A stretch of 59,025 nucleotides of DNA from Candidatus Limnocylindria bacterium (lineage in GTDB: Bacteria; Chloroflexota; Limnocylindria; Limnocylindrales; CSP1-4), in the NCBI GenBank assembly GCA_035525825.1, contig DATLDP010000033.1:1-59025 (forward strand), written 5' to 3'. Below are positions 29,300-37,981 of the stretch, one piece after another (the stretch's first letter is position 1; each line of letters begins with the position of its first letter). A program made the translations under genes and the position numbers. Below the pieces are notes generated by a model. The model was not told the origin of the DNA. It ran no database searches and was given only the letters and a program-made list of their open reading frames with translations.

Positions 29300-30871
29300 C
29301 TAGCGAGCCGGGCCGCCCTGAATCTCGCGTTTTCGCCGGTCCACGAAGTCGTCCAGCGCTTCCGCCCGACCCGGATCCAGCGGCGGCCGCTGGAACTCCG
29401 CGAGGAGCTGCTTCCAGATGCGATTCGCCCGTTCCGTGGCGGTCCTCGCGCCGTCCTCCTGCCACGTCTCGAAGTTCCGCCAGTCGGACAGCATCGGCTG
29501 GTAGAAGGCGTGCTCGAACCGCTCGAGCGTGTGGGCCGTCCCGAAGAAGTGCCCACCGGGCCCCACCTCGGCGATCGCATCGAGGCCCAGCTCGACATCG
29601 TCGATCTTGGGCGGCTGGAGGACGAGCGCCATCTGCTGGAGCAGCTCGGCGTCGAGGATCAGCTTCTCGAAGCTCGCGGTCAGTCCGCCCTCCAGCCAAC
29701 CCGCGCCCTGATAGAGGATGCTGGCGCCGCCGAGCACCGCGCCCCAGATCGACATCTCGCTCTCGTACGCGGCCTGCGCGTCCACGACCGCCGAGCCTGT
29801 CACGTTGGAAGTCCGATGCGGGAGCGAGACCCGCCGCGCCAGCTGCCCGGTCGCGATCTGGCCCTGGACGTACTCCGGCGTCCCGAACGCCGGCGAGCCG
29901 GTGCGCATGTCCACGTTCGAGGTAAAGCCGCCGTAGACCATCGGCGTCCCCGGCCGAACGATCTGGGCGAGCGCGACCATGAACAGGGCCTCCGCGTGCT
30001 GCTGCGCCAGCGCGCCGGCGAGGGTCGCGGGGGCCATCGCGCCCGCCAGCGTGAACGGCGTGGCGATCACCGGCTGGCCCGCCTCCGCCATCGCGATGAG
30101 CCCGTCCGACATGGGTTCGTCCAGCCGCAGCGGCGAGTTCGTGTTGACCACGGTCATGAGGCTCGGTTCGCGCGCGAGCTGCGCCCGATCGATGCCGCGG
30201 GTGATGCAGGCGACCTCGATCGCGTCCTCGGCGACCTGCGAGCCGAAGGCAAGGCATTGCCACGTCTTGTCCAGCGTCGTCGCGAACGTCCGGTACATGT
30301 CGAGATGGCGGGTCTCGACCGGGAGGTCGGTCGGCTCGAGCGGTCCGCCGCCCTCCTGGTGGACGATGTCCAGCGCGCCGATCACCCGGACGTAGTCCTG
30401 GAAGTCGGCGAAGTTGCCGGGCCTCCGGCCACGATCGATGTCGCTGACGAACGCCGGTCCGCCGACGGCCCCGAACACGAGATGCCGATCGCCGAAGATC
30501 AGGTTCCGCTCGGGGTTGCGGGCGTGGAGCTCGAAGCTCGCAGGCGCCGTCGCGACCAGACCTTCGAGGAGCTCGGGCTCCATGCGGACTCGGGCGGCGG
30601 CGCCCCGACCCGCCGCGTCCGCGGTTTTGCGCTCGACGCTGGCGCCGGCCCCCTCGAACAGGTCGAGCGCCCGCGCGTTGAGCACCTCGAGACCGATCTC
30701 ACGCAGGATCTTGAGGCCCGCCCGATGGACCGCCTCGAGCTGGTCCGCGCTCAGGAGCTCAATCGGCGCGAACGGATTGACGATCCGCCGCCATGGCAAC
30801 CGCGGCACGCCACCACCCGTCCGCCGCTCGCGGCGCGGCCGCGTTCGCCAGAGCTCTGGTTGGTCCGGCAC
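29300..30871 (-). CDS. Trimethylamine methyltransferase (MttB) superfamily protein, non-pyrrolysine
   Basis: NTNSPL, TPFTLAGAMAPATLAGA, SNVDMRTGSPAFGTPE, DAQAAYES, GWLEGGL; no in-frame TAG. Confidence 0.92.
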   Translation of the reverse strand: MPDQPELWRTRPRRERRTGGGVPRLPWRRIVNPFAPIELLSADQLEAVHRAGLKILREIGLEVLNARALDLFEGAGASVERKTADAAGRGAAARVRMEPELLEGLVATAPASFELHARNPERNLIFGDRHLVFGAVGGPAFVSDIDRGRRPGNFADFQDYVRVIGALDIVHQEGGGPLEPTDLPVETRHLDMYRTFATTLDKTWQCLAFGSQVAEDAIEVACITRGIDRAQLAREPSLMTVVNTNSPLRLDEPMSDGLIAMAEAGQPVIATPFTLAGAMAPATLAGALAQQHAEALFMVALAQIVRPGTPMVYGGFTSNVDMRTGSPAFGTPEYVQGQIATGQLARRVSLPHRTSNVTGSAVVDAQAAYESEMSIWGAVLGGASILYQGAGWLEGGLTASFEKLILDAELLQQMALVLQPPKIDDVELGLDAIAEVGPGGHFFGTAHTLERFEHAFYQPMLSDWRNFETWQEDGARTATERANRIWKQLLAEFQRPPLDPGRAEALDDFVDRRKREIQGGPAR

Positions 30872-30905
30872 CGAGCCACGATAGGGCTTTGGGCTGGCGC
30901 GAAAG

Positions 30906-30977
30906 TGAGCCCGCTGGGATTCGAACCCAGGACACGAGGATTAAAAGTCCCCTGCTCTGCCGCTGAGCTACGGGCCC
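30906..30977 (-). tRNA. tRNA-Lys (anticodon TTT), CCA not encoded
   Basis: Reverse complement gggcccgtagctcagcggcagagc-ggggacTTTtaatcctc-gggttcgaatccc-cgggctca. Confidence 0.95.
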
Positions 30978-31172
30978 GGCCGGGACGCTAGCACCTTCAT
31001 GGGAGCGGCCGCCGTGCTGCCCATGTCCAGCCGCACGGGTGTCGTGCCGCCGATGGTCGTCGGCCACCATTTCCTCGCTGCTACGCTTGGGCGCCTGGTC
31101 GCGGCGGCCCTCGCGCGCAACTCCACGAGGGCCGTGAGGTCGCGCGAGGGTGAGGGCGCAGGAGGTCGAGGG

Positions 31173-31763
31173 TTGCCAGCGGTTCGTGTGGTCACGATTC
31201 CGTCCGCCGATCGGGCTTTTCGGGTGCACGTGGAGACGATCGCGGAAGAGCTTGGCGGGCCGGACCCGTCGGCGCTCGAGGGTCGGCTCCGCGCCCCATA
31301 TCCAAGTGCGACCGTCAGCACCTCGAGCGCGCTCGGCAGCCTGATCGCAGGCGACGCTCGGATCTACGTCTATCGAGATCGGAGCGCGGCGCGTGAGCCC
31401 GATCCTTCCGACTGGTGGCTGAGCGAGGAGCTTCCGCGCGCGGTCGTCAACCCCGAAGGACGGTACGTGGATGCCAACCCGGCCATCGCCGAGCTGTTCG
31501 GCGTCCCGCTCGCCAAGGTCATCGGCTCGGAAGCTGGGCGGTTCACCCTGCACGAACAGGATCCCGAGATTGCCCGTCGCCTCTTCGAGGCCTTGGCGAC
31601 ATACGGGGAGCTTGCTTCGACCGCCACGGTCAGGCAACCCGATGGCACCGAGATCGCCATCGAGTTCCACATGCACCGCACCGCGGCTGGAACCGGGTAC
31701 GAGACGGTCATGCGTCCGCGCGGAGGGGGCCTCCGCATGGGTCATCCCGACTCGGCGAGATGA
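31173..31763 (+). CDS. Unknown N-terminal domain fused to a PAS domain
   Basis: GGAGG 7 nt before TTG. PAS signature VVNPEGRYVDANPAIAELFG...VIG...RQPDGTEIAIE. Confidence 0.75.
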   Translation: MPAVRVVTIPSADRAFRVHVETIAEELGGPDPSALEGRLRAPYPSATVSTSSALGSLIAGDARIYVYRDRSAAREPDPSDWWLSEELPRAVVNPEGRYVDANPAIAELFGVPLAKVIGSEAGRFTLHEQDPEIARRLFEALATYGELASTATVRQPDGTEIAIEFHMHRTAAGTGYETVMRPRGGGLRMGHPDSAR

Positions 31764-31838
31764 CCTCGTAGCACGCACGCAAGGTTGCGGGCCGGCGCGG
31801 CGAGGCTCGCAGAACAGAACCCGGGTAGGGTCACGGAT

Positions 31839-32057
31839 GTGGATCGGCCGGTGCTCATCGTCAATCCGCGCTCCGACGAGGCCTTCGTGGCGCTCGCGCA
31901 GGCGTTGATCGAGCGGGGCGCTGAAAGTCCCTCTGCGCTCGAAACGGAGCTCCGGCAGCGGTATCCTCTTGCGGTGGTGCGCGAGCGCGGCCTCACCGCC
32001 GAGGCCCCGGTCTGGTACGTGTACCGGGAGGGACAATGGATTCCGAGCGCGAGCTGA
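31839..32057 (+). CDS. Small hypothetical protein; stand-alone paralogue of the preceding N-terminal domain
   Basis: Shares P..D.AF, PSALE..LR..YP.A.V and YVYR[DE] with 31173-31763. Confidence 0.75.
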   Translation: MDRPVLIVNPRSDEAFVALAQALIERGAESPSALETELRQRYPLAVVRERGLTAEAPVWYVYREGQWIPSAS

Positions 32058-32263
32058 ACGAACGACAGGATGACCTGCGAGCGACGAGCGAGGACATCGT
32101 CGTTGACGCGACCTCGCTGAAAGCCCTCGAGGAAGTAAAGGGTTCCATGTCCGTTGGCGACCCGCGCCTGGTCGTGCTCGCAAGGGCGGCCGAGAAGCTG
32201 GGCGAGAAGATCGCAGCAAAGACATCGCTCGAGCTGGCGCTCGCCGAGGACTCCGCCGGATAG
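32036..32263 (+). CDS. Small helical hypothetical protein (75 aa)
   Basis: SD gggaggga before ATG, inside the upstream gene; helix-GDP-helix pattern. Confidence 0.65.
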   Translation: MDSERELNERQDDLRATSEDIVVDATSLKALEEVKGSMSVGDPRLVVLARAAEKLGEKIAAKTSLELALAEDSAG

Positions 32264-32329
32264 AGCTCAGTTGAACTTCTGGTGGGCTGGCGGTCCCACC
32301 ACTGAGATGGACCGCCAGCCCACCGGCAC

Positions 32330-33127
32330 CTAGGCCGTGCTGTGGCGGCGCTCGGGCGCGCTCGAAGAAGGGGTGCTCGTCCTGGCCGCAGGCGTCGGTT
32401 TCGCCCCCTGGTCCTCGGCCGCAGCTCGAACCTTCTCGGCGGCTGCCTGCGTGTCTTCGTACCACTTCTGGGTGATCTGGCCGGCGACATCACGGCCACC
32501 TAGCCCGAAGGCCAGTCCGAATGCCAGGGCGAGGGCGGCGACGAGACCGGTGAACAGAATGTTGAGCAGGTCGGCAGCGATGCCGATCTGGTCAATGGCA
32601 ATCAGGACCGCGAACGCAATGACCGCGATCTCGGCCACACGGCCGAGCAGCGGCGCGTTGGTGAAGCCCATGTTGCCCGCGCCAACCTCGATCAGCCCAC
32701 GCAGGAACCGCCCGATCAGCGGAGCTACGAGCAGAATCACCGCGGCGACGAGGAGATTCGGGATCCACAGCAGAACCTGATTGAGCAGGGTGCTGACCTG
32801 CGGCATGCCCAGGACGTTGGCGGCGGCGACCAGGAAGACGAAGCGGATGATCCACTTCACGATCTCCGACGTCACGACGCTTGGCTTGATCTGCTTTGAC
32901 CGCTTCCCGTAGACGTCCCCGCCGTGCTGGGCGAACATCCGGTCCGCGCCTGCCCGCTCAAGCAACGCTCGCACGGCTCTGCCCACGACACTGGCGATGA
33001 TCCAACCAACAATCAGGATCAGCAGCGCCCCGAGGACCAGCGGGATGGCGGTGATGAAGGTGTTGAGCGCATTCGACGCCGCCAGGAAGATGGCGTCTCC
33101 CCAGTTCGAGACTTCTTGCGTAATCAT
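32330..33127 (-). CDS. TM_helix-repeat membrane protein (CmpX / small-conductance mechanosensitive channel-like)
   Basis: Two repeats 'IPLVLGALLILIVGWIIA' and 'IPNLLVAAVILLV'; ALAFGLAFGLGGRD; SD gaggagagg. Confidence 0.82.
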   Translation of the reverse strand: MITQEVSNWGDAIFLAASNALNTFITAIPLVLGALLILIVGWIIASVVGRAVRALLERAGADRMFAQHGGDVYGKRSKQIKPSVVTSEIVKWIIRFVFLVAAANVLGMPQVSTLLNQVLLWIPNLLVAAVILLVAPLIGRFLRGLIEVGAGNMGFTNAPLLGRVAEIAVIAFAVLIAIDQIGIAADLLNILFTGLVAALALAFGLAFGLGGRDVAGQITQKWYEDTQAAAEKVRAAAEDQGAKPTPAARTSTPSSSAPERRHSTA

Positions 33128-33330
33128 CCTCTCCTCGGAAACACTGATTGCGCAGGCGTAGGGGCCGCGCTCCACTACAGGTTCAGGGCGGAGCAGTGCC
33201 GTCGGGCAATCACAGGCTGTGCCCGCGGTTGCATCGGGCCGACGGAACCGAGAATGGTTCGTGGAACGCTGGCAACCGGGCGCCTGCCGCGGGGCCCGGA
33301 TTCCTGTCGGCACGTAGACCGGGGCTCCGC

Positions 33331-34314
33331 CTAGTCGTAGACCTCGGGGTTGACCGGCGTCGGGAGGCGCTCACCGCGAACGCCCGCGAGCAGGTTCGCG
33401 GCGGCCATCGAGGCCATCTTGCCGCGGGTCGCCAAGGAGGCAGACGCGATATGCGGCACGACGAGGCAATTGTCGAGCGTTACCAGCGGATGGTCGGCCG
33501 GGAGCGGCTCGGGGTCAGTCACGTCGAGGCCCGCCGCCGCGATGACGCCGTCCTGCAGGGCCGTCACGAGCGCGTCGGTGTCGATCACCGCACCGCGCGA
33601 GGTATTGACCAGGACCGCCGACGGCTTCATCCACCGAAGGCGCTCGGCGTTCAGGAGGTGGTGCGTCTGCGGGCTCAGGTTCACGTGGAGCGACACGAAG
33701 TCGCACTTGGGCAACAGCTCCTCGAGCGGCATGAACGTCGCGCCGAGCTCCGCCTCCACCTGGGGGCTGGCCTGCGAGAGGTCGTGATAGAGGACCCGCA
33801 TCCCGAAGCCGGCGGCGCGGCGAGCCATCGCTTGCCCGATCCGCCCGAAGCCGACGATCCCGATCGTGGCGCCATGGACGTCGGGGCCCATCAGGAGCAT
33901 CGGGCCCCAGGTCTTCCACTTGCCGTCGCGGACGTAGTGATCCGCCTCGGCAATGCGGCGCGCGGCGGCCATGAGCAGGGTCCAAGCGAGGTCCGCGGTG
34001 GTTTCGGTGAGGACGCCCGGGGTGTTCCCGACAGCGACGCCTCGGGCCGTGCAGGCCGCGACATCGATGTTGTCGAAGCCGACGGCGAAGTTCGAGACGA
34101 CCTTCAGGTTCGGGCCGGCCCGATCGAGGAACGCGTCGTCGACCTTGTCAGTTAGCAGGGCGAGGACCCCGTCGCAGCCCTCGATCGCCCGGAGGAGCTC
34201 GTCCCGCGGCGGCGGCAGGTCGCCCTGCCAGACCTCGGCGTCGCAGGCATCGAGGATCGGGCGGAGGCCCTCCTCGGGGATGATTCGCGAGACGAAGACC
34301 TTCGGTCCGGGCAC
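33331..34314 (-). CDS. D-isomer 2-hydroxyacid dehydrogenase (glyoxylate/hydroxypyruvate reductase)
   Basis: [46 protein letters not shown]. Confidence 0.92.
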   Translation of the reverse strand: MPGPKVFVSRIIPEEGLRPILDACDAEVWQGDLPPPRDELLRAIEGCDGVLALLTDKVDDAFLDRAGPNLKVVSNFAVGFDNIDVAACTARGVAVGNTPGVLTETTADLAWTLLMAAARRIAEADHYVRDGKWKTWGPMLLMGPDVHGATIGIVGFGRIGQAMARRAAGFGMRVLYHDLSQASPQVEAELGATFMPLEELLPKCDFVSLHVNLSPQTHHLLNAERLRWMKPSAVLVNTSRGAVIDTDALVTALQDGVIAAAGLDVTDPEPLPADHPLVTLDNCLVVPHIASASLATRGKMASMAAANLLAGVRGERLPTPVNPEVYD

Positions 34315-34324
34315 TCCGCGGCGC

Positions 34325-35524
34325 CTAGCGGGAGCCGGACGCGGCCGCGGCCGACCCGACCAGCGGCGTGACGAGGGCCTGGATCCGCGCGAGCGCTTCG
34401 GTGAGATTCTCGCGGGAGTTCGCATACGAGATGCGGATGTGGTTCGTGCCCACGCCGCCGAAGGCCGTGCCCGCGAGGACGCAGACGCCGGCCTCCTGGA
34501 GCAGCCGCTCCGCGAGCTCCGCTCCGGTCATGCCCGTGCCCGAGACGTCGGGGAAGACGTAGAACGCGCCCTGGGGCTTGATGCAGCGGAACCCGGGGAT
34601 CGCGTTGAGCCCGTCGACGATGAGGTCGCGGCGGGCTTTGAACTCCACGACCATCGCGTCGACGTCGTCCTGCGGCCCGCGGAGCGCCTCGATCGCGCCT
34701 GCCTGGGCGAACGCGGTGACGCCCGAGATGGTGTTGATGATCAGCTGGCTGTAGGGCTTCACGAGCCAGTCCGGGACCACCGCGTAGCCCATCCGCCAGC
34801 CGGTCATCGCATAGGTCTTCGAGAAGCCGTCGAGGGTGATCGTCCGCTCGGCCATGCCGGGCAGCGAGGCGATGGAGACGTGCTCGGCCCCGTCGTACAG
34901 GATCCGCGAGTAGATCTCGTCGCTCAGGACCACGAGGTCGTGCTGAAGCGCGAGCTCGGCGATGCGCTCGATATCACCACGGGTCAGGACGCCGCCGGTC
35001 GGATTCGCCGGCGAGTTGATCACGAGGAGCCTGGTCTTCGGCGTGATCAGCGAGGCCAGCTCGTCGACGTCGAGGCGGAAGTCGTTCTCCATCCGGATCG
35101 GGATGGGCACTGCCGTGCCGCCGACGAAGCGGGTGATCGATTCGTAGATCGGGTAGCCCGGATCGGGGACGATGACCTCGTCCCCCGGATCCACCAGGGC
35201 CATGATCGCGTAGACCATCACGCCCTTGCCGCCGACGGTCACGAACACGTTCGATGGCTCCACCGCAAAACCGCGCCGGGCCGTCGTGTCGGCGGCGATC
35301 GCGGCGCGCAGGTCCGGCAGGCCCGCGAACGGCGGGTAGTGGGTCATGCCGTTGTCGAGTGCGGTCTTCGCGGCCTCGCGGACGTTCGCCGGGGTGTCGA
35401 AGTCCGGTTCGCCGATCTGGAGATAGACGATCGATCGACCGGTCGCCTCGAGCGCGCGGGCCCTCGCCGAGACCTCGAACGCCGTCTCCGTCCCGATCGA
35501 ATCCATGCGTGCGGCAGCTTTCAT
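34325..35524 (-). CDS. Class I/II PLP-dependent aminotransferase (AspC-like)
   Basis: [35 protein letters not shown]. Confidence 0.92.
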   Translation of the reverse strand: MKAAARMDSIGTETAFEVSARARALEATGRSIVYLQIGEPDFDTPANVREAAKTALDNGMTHYPPFAGLPDLRAAIAADTTARRGFAVEPSNVFVTVGGKGVMVYAIMALVDPGDEVIVPDPGYPIYESITRFVGGTAVPIPIRMENDFRLDVDELASLITPKTRLLVINSPANPTGGVLTRGDIERIAELALQHDLVVLSDEIYSRILYDGAEHVSIASLPGMAERTITLDGFSKTYAMTGWRMGYAVVPDWLVKPYSQLIINTISGVTAFAQAGAIEALRGPQDDVDAMVVEFKARRDLIVDGLNAIPGFRCIKPQGAFYVFPDVSGTGMTGAELAERLLQEAGVCVLAGTAFGGVGTNHIRISYANSRENLTEALARIQALVTPLVGSAAAASGSR

Positions 35525-35558
35525 GGCCCGCATCATAGGCTCGGCCTAGAATCCGGTG

Positions 35559-36002
35559 GTGACCCGCTACTACGCCATCGACGAGGCCAACGCCGCCATC
35601 CCCGAGGTGGAGCGAATCCTCATCGGCCTGCGCGACCAGCGCGAGGAGCTCATCGCCCGGCGGGACCGCGTCGTGCAGCTGTCGCCTTCGGATGACGAGG
35701 CGCCGCCCGCCGGCGCCGCCGAGCAGATCCGGCTGCTGCGCCTGTCGATGCAGGGGCTCATCGACCAGATGCAGGCGGGCGTCGCGCGGCTGGTCGAGAT
35801 GGACGTCACGCTGCGGGACATCGCCACCGGGCTGATCGATTTTCCGGCGCTGGTGAGCGGCCGCCCGATCTGGCTGTGCTGGCGCCTCGGCGAATCGGAC
35901 ATCGCCAGCTGGCACGCCCACGACGAGGGCTTCGACTCCCGCCGCCCGCTGGACGAGCTCCCGAGCATCTCGTCTCGCGGCTCGGGCACGCCATCCGCGT
36001 AG
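35559..36002 (+). CDS. DUF2203 family protein
   Basis: YAIDEANA; GLIDFPA...LCWRLGE..I..WH..DEGFDSRRPL. Start 35556 or 35559. Confidence 0.85.
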   Translation: MTRYYAIDEANAAIPEVERILIGLRDQREELIARRDRVVQLSPSDDEAPPAGAAEQIRLLRLSMQGLIDQMQAGVARLVEMDVTLRDIATGLIDFPALVSGRPIWLCWRLGESDIASWHAHDEGFDSRRPLDELPSISSRGSGTPSA

Positions 36003-36024
36003 CGCGGGAGCGACCAGCCGGCCG

Positions 36025-36453
36025 GTGAACGACCAGCGCATCGTCCAGGGCGGACGGTCGAAGGCCTACCGGCCGATCCCGGAGGCCGAGCGGCGCGCGG
36101 CAATCGAGGATGGCCTCGCGGCGTACCACCGAGGCGACTTCTTCCTGGCCCACGAGCTGCTCGAGCCGGCGTGGATGGGGACCGCGGACCTGCCCGAGCG
36201 GGAGCTGCTGCAGGGCCTGATCAAGCTCGCGGCTGCGTTCGTCCATGACGCCCGCTCGAACCCGCTCGGCATCCGAAAGAATCTCGCGGGAGCCCGGGAC
36301 CGGCTGGCGGAAGGGCTCTATGCGGGCTCGCGCGTCGGGATCGATGTCGTGGCGCTGATCGCCGCCGTCGATGCACGCCTGGGTGGTGCGATCGAGGTTG
36401 GCGACCCGCCGATCGAGATCCCGCCACAGGATCCGACCGCGGGCGGAGGCTAG
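36025..36453 (+). CDS. DUF309 family protein
   Basis: FFLAHELLEPAW and LQGLIKLAAAFVH. Confidence 0.85.
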   Translation: MNDQRIVQGGRSKAYRPIPEAERRAAIEDGLAAYHRGDFFLAHELLEPAWMGTADLPERELLQGLIKLAAAFVHDARSNPLGIRKNLAGARDRLAEGLYAGSRVGIDVVALIAAVDARLGGAIEVGDPPIEIPPQDPTAGGG

Positions 36454-37979
36454 GCCTCCTTCGGGGCCCGAGCTTCGCGTTCGGCCCTGCGGTTCCGCCA
36501 CCAGCCGGCCATCTTCTCGCGGTTGTTGAAGACCCAGCCGACCGCAACCAGGATCACGAAGTTGCCCGTGCCCACGCCCGCCGCGGCGAGGTAGCCGAGC
36601 TGCTGCCCGATCTCTCCGCCGATCTGGAGGCCCGGAACCACCAGGCCCACCAGCCCGAGCTGGAAGAACGGCGCCTGCGGGGCGAGGTTCGCGCGGTAGC
36701 CGCCGGTGGCGGGGGCGCCGTCCGCCTCGCCGCCGAGGACGTAAACGTTGACGCCGCTCACGACCGTGGCGCTGTCCACCACGCCCGCCGGCAGGTCGGT
36801 CTGATCCAGGTGACGCCAGCCATCGGCCAGGTCCCCGTTGGCATTCGGGAGGGCCCAGTACACCTCGCGCTTCGAGGCGATCCCGTCCGCGCCGCCCGCG
36901 ATGTAGAGCGCACCGTTGGCCACCCAGCCAGCGGCGCCACCGCGCGCACCGGGGAGGTTCGCGGCGTCATTAACGGCCCACTGGACGACCCCTTCGATGC
37001 CGCCGCTCGCCGCGGGGCTCGGGGCCGCTGCCGAAGCGCCCGGCGCCGCGCTGCCGGCAGCCGCCGCCGCGACGCCGTAGCTGGCGCGCTGGACGGTGGC
37101 GGTCGGTCCGTTGGCGTCGTTGCCGCCGAAGACCCACAGGTAGGTGCCCTCGAGGGCCATCGTCGCGTCGGCCACGGCGTGGAGCAATGGCGGCTGCTCC
37201 TTGAACTCGCCGAGGTTGCCGGAGGTGTCGATCGTGGACTTCCAGACCTTGGTGCTCGGCGCGCCGTTGGCGTCTCGCCCGCCCGCGATCACGATGCCGT
37301 CGGTCACGGCAACCGCGGAGGCGCCGGCCCGGGGCTCGGGAAGCTTGAGATCCGTCGCGTCCTCGCCGGTGCCGATCTTGGCCGGCTCCCAGGCCTTGAG
37401 CGCGCTGGTGTCGGGGTCCAGCCCGATCTTCCAGACTGTGTCCGTGGCGCCGCCGGGACCGGCCCCGCCGACCAGGTAGGCCGTTCCGGAGAGGATCGCG
37501 AGCGCGGCGTCGGCGCGGGCCTCCGGCAGGGCCGGACCCTCCGCCCAGGCGCCGAAGACGCCGTTCGCGACCTGGCTGACGTAGGTCGTCGCGACCGGCG
37601 CGTTGCCGTCGCTGCCGCCGATGTACAGGAGGTTCGTGCCGAGCTGGGCAGCCGCACCGTCGCTTCGCGCCGCGGGGAGCGCCACGTCGGCGGCCGTGCC
37701 CTGCCACGGGACCAGCGCGCCGGCGGGAACGGGGCACGGCATGTTCGTGCCGTTCTCCGGCGGGCAGAGGTTGACCGGCGACCAGCCGAGGATGCCGAGG
37801 TCGATCGTCCGTGAGACGACGAAGTAGTAGGCGCGATCCGGCACGTAGCCGAGGGCCATGATGATGACGAGGAGCCAGAACCCGGCCTTCGTCGTCGCCC
37901 AGCCCCAGCCCTCGGGATCGAACAGCCCGAACACGGGACGGCTCCGAACCGGTCGACCTGCGGGCAGCGCCTTGGCCAT
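36450..37979 (-). CDS. Membrane protein with six Kelch-like repeats between N- and C-terminal TM segments
   Basis: Repeats LYIGG, YLVGG, VIAGG, WVFGG, YIAGG and YVLGG, most preceded by LP.AR/LP.G; 2 nt downstream of the cytochrome c gene. Confidence 0.82.
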   Translation of the reverse strand: MAKALPAGRPVRSRPVFGLFDPEGWGWATTKAGFWLLVIIMALGYVPDRAYYFVVSRTIDLGILGWSPVNLCPPENGTNMPCPVPAGALVPWQGTAADVALPAARSDGAAAQLGTNLLYIGGSDGNAPVATTYVSQVANGVFGAWAEGPALPEARADAALAILSGTAYLVGGAGPGGATDTVWKIGLDPDTSALKAWEPAKIGTGEDATDLKLPEPRAGASAVAVTDGIVIAGGRDANGAPSTKVWKSTIDTSGNLGEFKEQPPLLHAVADATMALEGTYLWVFGGNDANGPTATVQRASYGVAAAAAGSAAPGASAAAPSPAASGGIEGVVQWAVNDAANLPGARGGAAGWVANGALYIAGGADGIASKREVYWALPNANGDLADGWRHLDQTDLPAGVVDSATVVSGVNVYVLGGEADGAPATGGYRANLAPQAPFFQLGLVGLVVPGLQIGGEIGQQLGYLAAAGVGTGNFVILVAVGWVFNNREKMAGWWRNRRAEREARAPKEA

Positions 37980-37981
37980 CG

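Noticed and set aside
29290-29598. N-terminal extension of the GNAT ORF in the track (and similar extensions at 13037, 14319, 24508, 25422, 32330-33313, 40471-41547, 45362-46699, 46578-47792, 55661-56920)
   Set aside because: They overlap neighbouring genes; SD sites, -10 hexamers or stop/start overlaps support the shorter starts given.
29300-30871. Pyrrolysine read-through in MttB
   Set aside because: No in-frame TAG within the conserved domain, and no pyl genes or tRNA-Pyl in the window; the adjacent tRNA is an ordinary Lys-TTT.
27021-33330. Possible integrative element at tRNA-Lys
   Set aside because: No integrase, transposase or phage gene, and I found no duplicate of the tRNA 3' end. 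The genes on the 3' side (MttB, GNAT) have host-like codon usage.
36450-37979. Kelch protein as a galactose-oxidase-type copper enzyme
   Set aside because: I could not identify the Tyr-Cys/Tyr/His/His ligand set; only two His residues are present.
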